Positions 38,038 to 51,047 are shown, counted from the stretch's first letter. The stretch is 59,283 nucleotides of DNA from Octopus bimaculoides (GCF_001194135.2 NC_068983.1:167494752-167554034); one strand, 5' to 3'. The notes: a model not told the origin generated them from the letters alone. Program-made: numbers and translations.

Positions 38038-38490
38038 GCATAAGTGTGGCTGCATGATCAAAAAGGTTGGTTCCCGACCACATGGCTTGAGGTTCAGTCT
38101 CATGCATTGCACCTTTAGCAAGTATTTTCTTCTGTAGCACTGGGGGTCAAACAAAACCTTGAAAGTGGATTTGGGAGATGGAAACTGAAAGAAGGTCATC
38201 ATATATATTTATGCTTTGGTATGTTTTTATGTGTGTATGAGTGTGTGTATGTTTGTAATTCCTTGTCTTGACATCACATGATTGTTGTAAATGAGTGTCA
38301 GTCACTCAAACAGTGTAGTTCATTTCAAATCTTCCTTGGGAACATGTCTGGCTAAGGGGAAATATTACTTTCCTTAAAAACAGGTGAAGTGACAGAAAGA
38401 GAATCTAGCTGTAAGAAACCTGGGTCAATGAATTCTGACTGACCCATGCGAGCACAGAAAAATGGAAGTTAAAAGGATGAAGATCATCAT
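38038..38490 (+). mobile_element. Full-length SINE family C (tRNA-like head, CORE-like segment, microsatellite, body, RTE-like tail)
   Basis: Head with gaggttcagtc, ccttt(a)gcaagtatttt segment, and 3' acccatgcgagcacagaaaaatggaagttaaaaggatgaag. Confidence 0.6.
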
Positions 38491-38974
38491 ACTCAGATAT
38501 ATTTTATCTTTAGCATTAAAAAAAATACTCAAAACTTTTGAAGAATCACTAAAACTTGACTTACATAATATTATAAATTCTACTTCTTCTTCTCAAATGC
38601 ATGGTCCACTCTGGCACTAAGAAAAGATAGAATTAAATATGTTTTATTAATTACCAGTGATTTTGTCTAAATGGAAAAAAAAAAATTCATTGTAATATTA
38701 TATTCATTAAAAGCAACCAGTGAATTTAACTTTGCCTTCAGAATTAGCAGCATACATCAATCTATTTTGTATTAATTGCTTTCAACAGAGATGCAGTAAT
38801 TAAGATAAAATTGATTATCATCTAATATAATCATTTTGGATTAGTATAATTCTCAAAGGATATACTTCTAAAATTAGACTCAATCTTTTTCCTGAAATCA
38901 AAACACATAAAATTGTTTCTACTTCAGATTGAAAATCTGTAAAACATTGTTCTCTTGAGAGAATAGAAATACGG

Positions 38975-39262
38975 CGACAGTGGCGGCAGCAGTGGTAGTG
39001 GAGGTGATGACGATGACAATGACAACGATGATGACAATGACAATAATGATGATGATGATGAGGATTATGTTAATGACAATGACAATGATGATGATGATGA
39101 TGATTCTGCTGCTGATAATGATATTGATGACAAGGAGGATGAGGACGATGATGATTATTTCAATGATGATGATGACAATGATGCTGACAGTGGCAATAAT
39201 CGTAGTGGTGGTGGTGGCAGTTGGGATGGTGATAATAATAATTATGATAATGATCAAAACAA
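38975..39262. repeat. Compound (GAT/GAC/AAT)n microsatellite
   Basis: Directly visible; source of the poly-M and poly-I ORFs. Confidence 0.95.
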
Positions 39263-39895
39263 CAGCAAACTGCAATCAGTGAGGATCACTGATATAGTCT
39301 ATTGCTCTTCTTTTTTTTAAAAAACTCTTGTTAACATTCTGAGCATCTTCAGGTGTTGACTCTCTACATTATCGCAATGAACCCTGCCATGTGCAACAAT
39401 GTAGTTAATCTCATGAATTCATGCACCCCAACTTCATGACTTCTATCTATCAGTCTCTCGTAACAGTTTGTCACAGTCTCTTTCCACAAACTCAGACACA
39501 GCTATTTTGGTCAATGCCAAAAGCATAAATGTCCCAGGGTCAGATCCAGATTCCAGCAGGGGGCTCCCTTCACCCTCCCATTATCTACAAGACATTAAAA
39601 CACAATAAATTCTGAATATAAAATAATAGATTAACAACTCAGATATCTTTCAGGTTATCTCCCCCAGCCACCCACCACCACCATCCCAGGCCTGACCTAC
39701 AATTTATTTAACTCTAACAAGCTGGACACAATACAAGTAAATTATTAGCAAATAATTAGAGAAACAGTAAAAATGCTAATGTTTACTCTTAAATAATTAT
39801 TTTTCTTCTCTCTCTCCTTCTGGGTAACCATGTCTCTCCTCTACAGCAGCACACCTATTTCTGCCCTCTTTCTTGCTAACTCTCCCCTCTTTCTC

Positions 39896-39969
<74 letters not shown>

Positions 39970-40119
39970 TTCCCCCCTCTCTCTCTGGCTGGGTAACCAT
40001 GTAGCTCCTCTACAGCAAGACATCTGTTTCTGCCTCTCTGTTTCTCTGTCACAATCTAACCTTTTGTCATCTGACACAAGATCACCTCCCCCAATGCCCC
40101 CTCCCATCTCAAAGGTTCT

Positions 40120-40380
40120 TTGTCTTGCAAGTTGGCATTTCGAAGTGTATCCAATTGTAAAAACCATGCCAAAACTGACCTTGCCTACTGATGCCATGTA
40201 AAAAGCACTCAGCTATCCCACAGAGTGGGATGGTTGGGTTAGAAAGGGCATCCAGCCATAAAAAACAATGCTAAAACAGACACAGAAGCCTGGTGTGGTC
40301 TTCTGCCTGGCCAGCTCCTGTCAAACCATCCAACCCTTGCCAGTACGGAAGGAGAATGTTAAACGTTGAGGATGATGATG
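40120..40380 (+). repeat. Diverged family A-like repeat with (GAT)n tail
   Basis: tgccatgtaaaaagcac, agaaagggcatccagcc, ccaacccttgccagtacggaa...gttaaacg...gatgatgatg. Confidence 0.6.
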
Positions 40381-40399
40381 AAGAGGTATAGAGTCTAAG

Positions 40400-40530
40400 A
40401 ATTAAGGTGTTTGGCTCCTGATAATAATAATGTCATGGGTTCGATTCCTGAAGCAGGTGAGACATTGTGTCCTTCAGCAAGGATCTCATTTTATGTTGCT
40501 TTAGTTTACTCAGCTGAAAATGAGTAGAAG
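40400..40530 (+). mobile_element. tRNA-derived SINE head
   Basis: B-box ggttcgattcc followed by gtgtccttcagcaagg; an inverted relative lies at ~51860..51960. Confidence 0.5.
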
Positions 40531-41859
40531 GTGGATGCTAGTGCATCCCTATCTCCATCCAGCTGTCACATCCTGGCTGTGCCACTGGACCAAGAATGGC
40601 AGATTCAAGAGAAAGTCTCTGCTCGCTCATGATTTCATAAGCACTTAATATGTTACCAAACAATTCTCGTTAGCAAATAATTGTTGACTCTTTTATGTGC
40701 TGTTTCCCATCCTTTCTGTTGAATTTTGGGTAAGAATATGTCTACATATACATGCTTATCTCTGGGCCAGTACTGAACTCATAAATCTTTTATTCCAGGC
40801 TCTTATCTAATCCACCACGGTTCATATTATAACCAAATTGATGGTTGTGTTTTGTAAACAAACAACATTGCTCTCAATGTTTTAACATTGAAACCAATAC
40901 TTAGATTTAATCTAAAAGTATTTTTAGATGCATACCCAAATGAAGTACAGTTAATGGCAAAAACATCTCCAGATTCACCACTAAAACTTTCAACAACAAC
41001 AAACACACGATGTGCACTGTTCCAAACCATAATGATAATTGAAAAAAAAAATGATAGAACATCAGCTACAGAAAAAAACATCATTACCAAATGTCTAACC
41101 TCACCAGCAACACATCAATGGTTGCATGAAATGTGGGAGGCTTTTCTGCTGCGCCCTGTATTAATCTACGTTGAACTATTGCCAAACTAGTCACGTAGAC
41201 TGAATAAGATTGTATGGAATTAGTAATTCATTGCTTTTAACATACTTTTCTTGCTGTGGAAATTTTGTTAAGATTGCTAAATATGTTCATAATTATCATG
41301 CTTGGATTATTGATGACAAAAATAACATTTTTTTATAGATGGACATACAACAATACTGCTGTTACTGCTATGTTATAAGTATTTATCAGATGGTCTCTGT
41401 ATTGATTTGGGAGTAATTGTTTTGTTTGTTTGTGAATAAACATGGCTTAAATGTAGAGCCTTTTATTTACGATTATTATTAGTGAATCCATTAGGCATTT
41501 TTTCTTTGAAATGTAAAATAAATAAATTAGATCTAAGTCAAGGCAAACAGACAAACCATTTAGAACATCTCATGAGTAAGCTTTTAACACCTTTTTTTTT
41601 TTTCATTAAAGCATGAGCTGGTCGTTGGGTTGGTTTTACAAAAATCATAATATTTGCATGAATTAATGGTGCTTATTTTTTTTTTCAAGTAGACTGACAA
41701 AGTACAGGGTGTTGCCAACAACACCCCACATTTTACACAACTATTCATGTGGCATTCATGAAGCTAGACAAGTGGTAATGGTAGTTTCATGTATATAATG
41801 TTCCACTGTTTTTCTAGTTGCCATCATGGCTTGGACTGGGGCACACCATGTGTTATTTG

Positions 41860-42225
41860 TTGAAATGCTTTTCTCCCACTGTGTGGCACCTTAGGTGAGT
41901 GTCTTCACCTATAGCCCTGGGCCAACCAAAACCTTGTGAATGGATTTAGTAAACAGAAGCACACACACACATGTGTATATGTGTTACTGTCTCCTTGTTT
42001 TGACTTCTTCCAATTGTTGTAAATGAATGTCAACACCATGCGAGTGGTATCCTTCCTTTCCAATCTTCCATAGAAAAACATGCCTTGCCATGGAAAATAT
42101 AATTTTGCTTGGAAATAGATGAGAGTTGGTGACAGGAAGGGCATCTGGCTGTAGAAAATCTGCCTCAACAAACTCTGTTAGCAGAGGAAAGTGGATGTTC
42201 AATGATAATGATGATGATGATGATA
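41860..42225 (+). mobile_element. SINE family C copy
   Basis: tggcaccttaggtgagtgtcttc ... aggaagggcatctggctgtagaaaatctgcc ... (GAT)n. Confidence 0.65.
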
Positions 42226-42904
42226 TATATATATGTATATTTGATAAATAAATAGAAATGACTTTTCTGATAATTTTTTCACTTTAATAATTAGTTGTTG
42301 ATAAGTTTCCAAAAGGTGACTGATTGGAGTTTCTCATTAAAAGTGGTTTTCAAATTGATAATGTAGAAGACAGTGAAGACAGCATTGTAATAGAGAGACA
42401 ACTGGTGTTGGAAGTGACTCATAGAGCAGAGCTGTGGGAATGAGTATAAAAGATTGTGTCTTGTTGAGGAGAGAAGACTGACAACTACTTTGTTAGCATC
42501 AAGGTTTTTTTCCTTTTCTATATCATACATTTTGTTAACAATAGCTTCATTGGTTGTAGGTTTTCAACAAGTCATACTCTTGTTCACTGCATTCCTAATA
42601 GTGAAAGGGACAAAGGAGTGTCTGAGTAACTCTGGGACAAACTCATTCATGCATGAATAAAGAAAACAGAATGAAGTGGAAATCTTACACAAATGAAACA
42701 TTAATGTAAAAAAAAAGACTTGTTTTTAGTTTTCTTCCCTCATCATCATCATCGTCATCATCGTTATCGTCGTTGTTGTCATTGTCGTCATCATCATCAT
42801 TATTGTCATCATTGTTGTTATCATCATCATCATCATCATCATCGTTGTCTTTATCATCATCATCATCATTGTCGTTTTCGTCATCATCAGTGTCGTTTTC
42901 GTCG

Positions 42905-43330
42905 TCATCATTTTAACATCCACTTTTCCATGCTTGCATGAGTCAAACAGGATTCACTGAGGTAGATTTTTTTTATGGCTGGATACTTTTCCTGTCACCA
43001 ATCCTCACCTGCTTCCAAGTAAGGTGATATTTCCCCATGGCCAGGGATGTTTTTGATTGAATATTGGAAACGAACATCATTTGGCACTGATGTTCATGTG
43101 ATATCAAGAATAAACACCTACACAAACCTACACATTCATACATGGATGTATATCCATCCATGTATATGTGTGTATATGTTTACACATACACTTATACAGA
43201 ATGGGCTTCTTCCAGTTTCCATCTACCCACCAACCAAATAAATCTAAGGCTTTGATTGGCCTGGGATTAAAGTAGAAGCTACTTGCCCAATGCCCCATAC
43301 AGAGGGGTTAGACCCCAAATCCACAAAGTT
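42905..43330 (-). mobile_element. SINE family C copy preceded by a long (CAT/CGT)n tail region (42735..42910)
   Basis: ttttaacatccacttttccatgcttgcatg is the reverse complement of the family C/A 3' end. Confidence 0.65.
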
Positions 43331-43989
43331 GAGAAGTAAAAGGCAAAAACATGACTGTTTTTGCCTTTTTCTTTTAATTGATTTCCATGAAATGATATTT
43401 CAGTTGTAATTTATCTGCCTTCAACATCCATGTTTTATGTTTACACAAATAAAAGAAACATTATTTAAGAATGATTAATTCCACAGAACAAATATTCTTC
43501 GACAAAAATGGATTCCTGACACAATCTGAAAATAAAAAAACAAATTAGTTATAAATGCCATTTAAAACAGTGACATCTTAAGAACCAAAAGAATACAAAT
43601 AACTCAATCAATGGAATCTAGCTTTATGTCATCAGCAAGAACTGTTGGACATTCTGAATTTAACTTTTCATTGGTTTGAAAGGGAATGGTTATTGGTGTA
43701 GCAGGAAGGATAGATCAGGAGTGGTAAGTACAAACACACACACATCAACACCTGTCGTAATGCCACCTCCCACCCTATTCTGTACTACCCTGTCACTCAG
43801 TTGAGAGGTCTTGTCTTGTGAGTTACTTGCTGACCTCACATATGCCTGTGCCATGAAGAAGGCACCCAGTCCACACTCTGTAAAGTGGTTGGCATTAGGA
43901 AGGGAATCCAGCTGTAGAGACTATGTTGAAGCAGGCACTGGAGTTCATTGCCTGGATATATATGCCGAATACTCCTGGGATGTGGTGGA

Positions 43990-44260
43990 ACAATTAAGGT
44001 GAAAGAATATGTCTCCTTAGGATGGACAGTAAATATACGTCAAGATCTGAGTAATTTGCCTGAAGTAAACATATGCTCAATCCACAGCAAAAGGCTGCAT
44101 TCCAATCTCTTCAACACTTGCAGAAAAGACATGAACAAGGAGAAAGATTGGGTTTAGTGGTTAGTGTAGTGAGAGTAGATTTGGACACAATAAGGGTGAT
44201 AAGAGGTAGAGACATGAGAGGGTTAGTATGCCTGAATAGCAAATGCTTACATTTGCAAGG
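43990..44260 (-). mobile_element. Possible very degenerate CR1/Jockey-like LINE 3' end
   Basis: The minus strand gives STSYHPYCVQI...QSFS and WNA; weak similarity only. Confidence 0.3.
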
Positions 44261-44364
44261 AACAGTCTTCTGATTCTTTTGTACAAAACTGCCAACCTTA
44301 GAGCATTTACATTCAAATTAAAACCTTACAAGAACCTTTTATTACGTTATGGTGAAATGAGAGA

Positions 44365-44573
44365 TTAACCATTTTTATACCAATCCACTTGAGACCACCC
44401 ATGGTCATATGATACAAGCTTCATGCTTAAAATTAATAAAAGTCAAAACCTGATATCAAAATTTCATATCAATTTATTTTCCAAACACTAGCTTAAAAAT
44501 TCTTCATCATTTCCAAAATTAATTCTACTAACAGCAATGTGTTTCAATAGAAATTTGGCAACAAAAGGGTTAA
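44365..44573. mobile_element. piggyBac-like MITE with TTAA ends
   Basis: ttaaccatttttatacc ... ggcaacaaaagggttaa form imperfect TIRs bounded by TTAA. Confidence 0.5.
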
Positions 44574-45369
44574 AATTGTGCGTATCGCAATGTAAAGAAA
44601 CTATACACAGCCAGGTTTCATATTTGTTCAATTTAATCTTGTTTAACTCTTTTGACACCAACCCATCTGCGACTGCCCTTAATCCTATGATACAAACTAA
44701 TTGTGTTATGGTGAGCTAAATTAAAACTTTCCATCAAGATTTCAATGGTCTCATATTGGATTTCCAGAGATTAAAAATGGTGGACACGAGCTTCAGATCA
44801 CTCTTCAAGGATTCAGATTTAAATATTTTTAATGTCTGAATTTTGATAGTAAAATAGACATTTGTGTCTACTTTCAAGATGAAATTGGCTTAGTTACCTG
44901 AAACCGTTTTACAGGGTCCCAAAATCTCAAAAGATTTTGAATTTCAAAACTTCTATTCTTATTTTTAGGCTTCTTTGGAAAACAATTGGGACATCTATAG
45001 TCTTTTATTTTTATTTATTTCCAATTTATTCCTTGAATAAGTTGCATATACAATGCTTTGAAGGTTGAAAATGTCTTGAGCTTGAGATATCAGAGGTTAA
45101 ATGTGACTCAAGATTTAACAAAATCCTGAAATGTGGCTCAGCCTCATGATTTGAATACCCATAAAATAAGAACCATACATAATGAGAACCTGAATATTTC
45201 AAAATGGACTAAAAAGAAGGACTGTAGTTTTATATCCTTGCATTTAGATACAGGATTTAAACGGAGCAGCAATCAAGCAATGCATTCACATGATGTGCTC
45301 TGACTACTGTTATGTGAGACTCCAAATACCCTCTGTCATCTCAATGGTAATGTTGCTCTAGAAGAGTTC

Positions 45370-46218
45370 ATAAGAAGCATTGGATGTGACGTACAAGAGA
45401 GATGTCTGTGCTGGTATGGTCATGTGCTGCGTATGGATGAGGAGAGCTGTGTGAAGAAGTGCCACTTCCAAACAGTGGAAAGAACCGATGGTAGAGGAAG
45501 ACCCAGGAAGACATGGGATGAAGTGGTGAAGCATGATGTTTGAACGTTGGGCCTCACAGAGGCAATGACAAAAGGCCTAGACCTCTGGCGGTATGCTGTG
45601 ACTGAGAAGGCCTGGCAAATAAAGTGAGATCACAGCTGTAGCCTATGCCAGTGTCACATAACCAGCCCACTCAAAAGTACCTTAGATCGTAGGGTAACAT
45701 GTCGTGCTTGAGGAGAACTATCGAGTCAAGTACATCAACATCAAAATCAAACCAAGCCACAATCAAATGGAAATTGTAGTTGTGGCTGATGCCAGCATTG
45801 CCTGTCTGGTTCCCTGTACTGGTGGCATGTAAAAAGCATCATTCAAATGTGGTTGATGCCAGCCCCCTCACCCTGAGTGGCTCCTGTGCCAGTGGCACAT
45901 AAAAAGCACCATCCGAATGTGACTGATGCTAGTGCCGCCTTCACTGGCTTCTATGCCGGTGGCACGTAAAAGCACCATTCAAACGTGGTCAATGCCAGCC
46001 CCCTCTGGCCCCTGTGCCGGTTGCACATGAAGATGCACCCACTACACTCACGGAGTGGTTGGTGTTAGGAAGGGCATCCAGCTGTAGGAACCTTGTCAGA
46101 TCAGATTGGAGCCTGGTGCAGCCTTCTGGCTTGCCAGACCCCAGTCGAACCATCCAACCCATGCTCGCATGAAAAACGGACATTAAATAATGATGATTAT
46201 GATGATAACGATGATGAG
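45370..46218 (+). mobile_element. 5'-truncated RTE-clade LINE: ORF C-terminus, 3' UTR (family A) and (GAT)n tail
   Basis: IGCDVQERCLCWYGHVLRMDEESCVKKC...GRGRPRKTWDEVVKHD*...DLWRYAV runs directly into the family A tandem units, core and tail. Confidence 0.9.
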
Positions 46219-47096
46219 TAACATATACAATCAACCTTGTTGTTTTGGTTTATAACTGACACTTTTTTACCTCAGCTTATTGAAAACAATGTGCCTGAGA
46301 ATTAACTTCATATTATTCCTCAGAAAAATAAAATAGTTTCATTAATTCACCAACAATTTATCAGGAAAAAAATTTCCTAAATGAAAGTATTTGCCTGTGT
46401 TTATGCATGTACATGGCTATGATTGTGTATGTGTATGAAAGTTTATGTGCGATGTGAAAGTGTGCATGTGTATGTGTGCCTTCAAAGTGTAATTTCTATC
46501 TGCTAGGAGTAAGTGTGCAGCAACACTGCACTTTGTTCTGCATATATTCCTGTTGGCTAAACTGCTACAAATAGATCAATGAAAACTGGCTTTATTGACG
46601 TCAAAGCTATTGATCTGTATTGCAATATATCAGAAGGCTAGTTATGCCTCACATTTGGTCTGTATGCCTGGTACCTTATCTTCTTGCTTGCTTCCTTAAC
46701 CATTAAAGATTCAAATAAATGACTGACATGCAAAGATATGTCATTCACACCATGCTCTTGAAGCTATTAATTTATGCTAATATTTTAAATTATAAGCAAT
46801 ATTTCTACAGATCAACGTCAAGCTATGCTTGTTGTTACTTAATCATTTATGAACATGATCACAGTAAACAGATTGACTAAAGAAAAAAAAACAAAAACAT
46901 TTCTAGGAATTTATGTTATACAACTCATAGTGTAAATATCATTACTCATGATAGCTTATCTGGACATCTCTGCTTTCGTCTATATTTTTACAAGTGTGCC
47001 CGCATATGTTGTTGAGTGACCATGCAAATACATACTTTGTGTTCATGCATAAATATTATCACATCACCTTTCTATGTCTGTGCACAAATGCAAACA

Positions 47097-47135
<39 letters not shown>

Positions 47136-47246
47136 ACACACATGCACTACATCACACAAACACATACATAGCTACAAACACACACAGAGTTAATAAGTTA
47201 GAAGAATGATCATTAATATGCATAAACATTTGAATATAAATATGCT

Positions 47247-47287
<41 letters not shown>

Positions 47288-47292
47288 ATGTG

Positions 47293-47340
<48 letters not shown>

Positions 47341-47580
47341 GAGAGAGAGCTAGAAAGATAGATAGATTCAGAAATACAAATATGCACATGTATGTATGTT
47401 ATGTGTGTGAGTCTATGTATGTATGTGTCACATTCTGAAAATGAATGGAACCTCTGGAAGATGGAGACTAAGAATGACTTGGGAGGAGGTGGTAAAGACT
47501 CATCTCAAAATGTGTGTGTGTGTGTGTGTGTGTAAAAATCTTTGTAAAAAGTACTTGATAGCAGTCATATTACAATTAGA

Positions 47581-48000
47581 TTAGAAAACAACCACTGCTT
47601 CTTTGTTAATTGATATTACCTTCAAATACAATGCGTGGCAATGGGGACCAAAGTTGAATGTCTGTAACACTTGTAACAGAATTCCTGGAAGAAACTAATC
47701 TATATCCTGTCTGGAATTACTTCTAATCAGCATTTCCAATTCTGTTTAATAGGAAACTGAAAAAGATCCTTGGATGACTGCTTCATAGTTTGGAACAAAA
47801 ATAAGGAAGATCTTACCAGATAGATAAATAAATAGCATTTATGAAATGATCTAATTCACTAAAGAAATGTATGAAAAGGAAGTTCGTTTTTTGGCCATTC
47901 TGATAAATAAAAGTGAGGCACTTATAACCAACTCCTCCAACAAAGACAGAGACACACATCAATATTTAGATTTTAGATTTTGCCACCCATCCCACACAGT
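47581..48000 (+). mobile_element. Degenerate Penelope-like reverse transcriptase fragment
   Basis: LENNHCFFVN*YYLQIQCVAMGTK (47581..47652), KRSLDDCFIVW (~47770), FTKE...FLAILI, DTHQYLDFRFCHPSHT. Confidence 0.8.
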
Positions 48001-48153
48001 ATGGCAAAACATATCTGCTCAATACAAATAGATGAGAGAAACAAAAATGGCTTTCGTATAGTTCATACATTTTAGTTTAAGAAAATCTACTGTTAGAAAT
48101 TGTAACTGCATCAAAACAGTTTTCAAAACACTTCTTTAAAAGTATCTATATGT

Positions 48154-48204
<51 letters not shown>

Positions 48205-48604
48205 CAGATTTTCGATAAGTCCAAAAAAGAGCCCACTCAAAATGTAAAGCAGAATGGTTATAATTTAACTTCCTGATTATAGAATATAACTGAGTGGAAT
48301 TTTACCAATAGTTGCATGATGACTATTACACTTGGTAATATTGATGACTCATGAGACTTGCTTGTCACAACATTGCCAGAATGTGTGTGTGTGAGTGTGT
48401 ATCTATCTCTCTATCTCTCTATNNNNNNNNNNNNNNNNNNNNNNNNNNNNNNNNNNNNNNNNNNNNNNNNNNNNNNNNNNNNNNNNNNNNNNNNNNNNNN
48501 NNNNNNNNNNNNNNNNNNNNNNNNNNNNNNNNNNNNNNNNNNNNNNNNNNNNNNNNNNNNNNNNNNNNNNNNNNNNNNNNNTATATATATATATATATAT
48601 ATAT

Positions 48605-48810
48605 TACCAGTACCGCCTGACTGGCCTTCGTGCGGGTGACACGTAAAAGCACCCACTACACTCTCTGAGTGGTTGGCGTTAGGAAGGGCATCCAGCTGTA
48701 GAAACTCTGCCAAATCAGACTGGAGCCCGGTGTAGCCATCTGGTTTCACCAGTCCTCAGTCAAATCGTCCAACCCAAGCTAGCATGGAAAGCGGACGTTA
48801 AACGATGATG
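48605..48810 (+). repeat. Family A repeat, young copy
   Basis: Reverse complement of the 4823..5014 type; ends aaacgatgatg. Confidence 0.9.
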
Positions 48811-48945
48811 TGCACAAATATATGTCCATAGTTTTATGCACATGCTCATGGGTGGGGAACACATAAACAAGCAGTAGTATGTGCGCATGTACTCAAGGCT
48901 CTTCTGCAGAAGTGGTGATGAGGGGTGGAAGGGAGGTAAAAGGTG

Positions 48946-49055
48946 TTCCATTCACATTGTACCCACCTTCACTTTACTGCACTTTTATGCACAGACAAAA
49001 TTACATTGTGCATTGACAACAAGGCTATCAGATATCTCAAACATTCATGGCTGTT
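48946..49055 (+). repeat. Local 110-bp repeat, copy 1
   Basis: ttccattcac...ttatgcacagacaaaattacattgtgcattgacaacaaggctatcagatatctcaaacattcatggctgtt; differs from 50247..50356 at about 3 positions. Confidence 0.95.
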
Positions 49056-49849
49056 TGTTTATTGATGGAGATATATCCATTATCCATAATCCGTAGTATC
49101 AGAGAGGGAAAGAGAGAATTAAAAATTTGACTGGAGTTATTCGCCTATCAACAGACAGACAGACAGAGAAATTATGCCCATTGGACCACAGAGGGAAAAA
49201 GAGGAAGAAAAGAGTTACACATTGTTGTTTATATCAATGCTGCAGTTGCGAGAGATGAATCAAAAATTTATTCTCAGGTGTCACCAACTGTGCAATAGAT
49301 TTGTCAAGAAGGTCATGGAATAAATGAGAGAAGAAAATTAATAGTTGAAATGGTCTTTCTTTGACCATTACAATATAAAAAAAAAAAAATTTGAGTTGTC
49401 AATGTATAAAGATTAGTTGACATTCTGTTATTCATTTCATAGGTAGTTGTATTCATCTCTGTGACTGCTGGGAGACAGATGGGGGCAGAAGAGAGAAAGA
49501 GTAATAGAATTTACTTTCCTGGGTTGACAAGTAGAGAGGGCAAAAGTGGTATAGTCTCTCAGTTACACATAAGAAGTGCTCACTCTGCCAGGTGCCTGGT
49601 AGAAGATCCGAAGTGCTCTTCAGGCAAAGTGCTGAATGAAAGAGGAAAGGATGTTTTGTAGGTAATCTGATCTGAAGCCTAAAGGTCTTCAGGAAATAAT
49701 AGAGCTTATTGAAACATGACAGTTGACTCTCATAAATTTTTTAGTACAAATGCTGAGAACAATAGGAAGGAACTCAATAATTTAGACTGGGTTTCGAATC
49801 CTGGCTAAGAATCTAGGAAGTGATTTCCGTCACAAATCATTATCATTGT

Positions 49850-50030
49850 CATCATCACCATCATCGTCGTCACCACCACCATCATTTAATGTTTGGTTTC
49901 CATGCTGGCATGGATTGGACTGTCTGATAGGAGCTGGTAAGCTGTAGAACTGCACCAAGCTCCATTGTCAGCTTTGGTATGATTTTTGCAGCTGAGTGCC
50001 TTTCTTAATGCCAACCACTTGATAGAGTAG
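49850..50030 (-). repeat. Diverged family A-like repeat
   Basis: (CAT/CAC)n, ttccatgctggcatgg, gtgcctttcttaatgccaaccac. Confidence 0.6.
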
Positions 50031-50246
50031 ACTATATATACATGTGTGTGTGTGTGTGTGTATCTATGTACATATATGTGTGTGTGTACATATATATGTC
50101 TGTGTGTGGGGACACATACACTCACACACCAAAACTACATCGATATCTTTCTCAATTGTGGGTGTTTTTTGTTTTTTTTGTTTATTCATTTCAGTTCCCC
50201 TTCATCTATGCAGCCCCATCATTATATGGTGACTGAACATTTCAGC

Positions 50247-50356
50247 TTCCATTCACATCGTACCCCACTTCACTTTACTGCACTTTTATGCACAGACAAA
50301 ATTACATTGTGCATTGACAACAAGGCTATCAGATATCTCAAACATTCATGGCTGTT
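50247..50356 (+). repeat. Local 110-bp repeat, copy 2
   Basis: Direct copy of 48946..49055. Confidence 0.95.
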
Positions 50357-50939
50357 GTTTTATCTCTTAGCACAGTTAGGAGCCAAAACAGAAGAGATCA
50401 AAAAAGAACATAAGTTTCAAAGGAGAGAAATCTAAGAGACTCCTGCAAATCTGGAACATTAAAAGATCTCTTTCCAATTATTATCCTCACTCATGCAATA
50501 CAAACATATGGCCTCGAATATTTCTCATAGAAAACTGTGCTGGACACTAATAATAATAAGCTAAAGCTTTATCGTCGTTTTATAAAAAAAAGTGCCATAT
50601 GTTCTAATGACAAAACACGCTTCTGATGGAAATTGTGAAAACAAAATAGTGTAAATGTGTCTTAATTACATAATCTAATTATAGAAAGAAATACAGAAGG
50701 GACTTTGTAAGAAGCCTTTTAATTTTTTTACTTGTTTCAGTCATTGGACTGTGGCCATACTGGAGCACCGTTTTGAAGACTTTAGTCAAACAAGTTGACC
50801 CAAATATGTATTTTTTAAGTTGGTAGTTAATCAATCAGTCACTTTTGCAGGACCTACTAAGTTATAAGGACATAAACAAACCAACACCAGTTGTCAAGTG
50901 GCAGGGAATAGGGTGTGAACAAATGCACAGACACACTCG

Positions 50940-51047
50940 CAGCCATGAATATTTGAGAAATCTGATATCCTTGTTGTCAATGCACAATGTAATTTTCTCT
51001 GTGCATAAAAGTGCAGTAAATTGGACAGAGGTACGTTGTGAATGGAA
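50940..51047 (-). repeat. Local 110-bp repeat, copy 3 (inverted, more diverged)
   Basis: The reverse complement aligns with copy 2 across its length. Confidence 0.9.
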
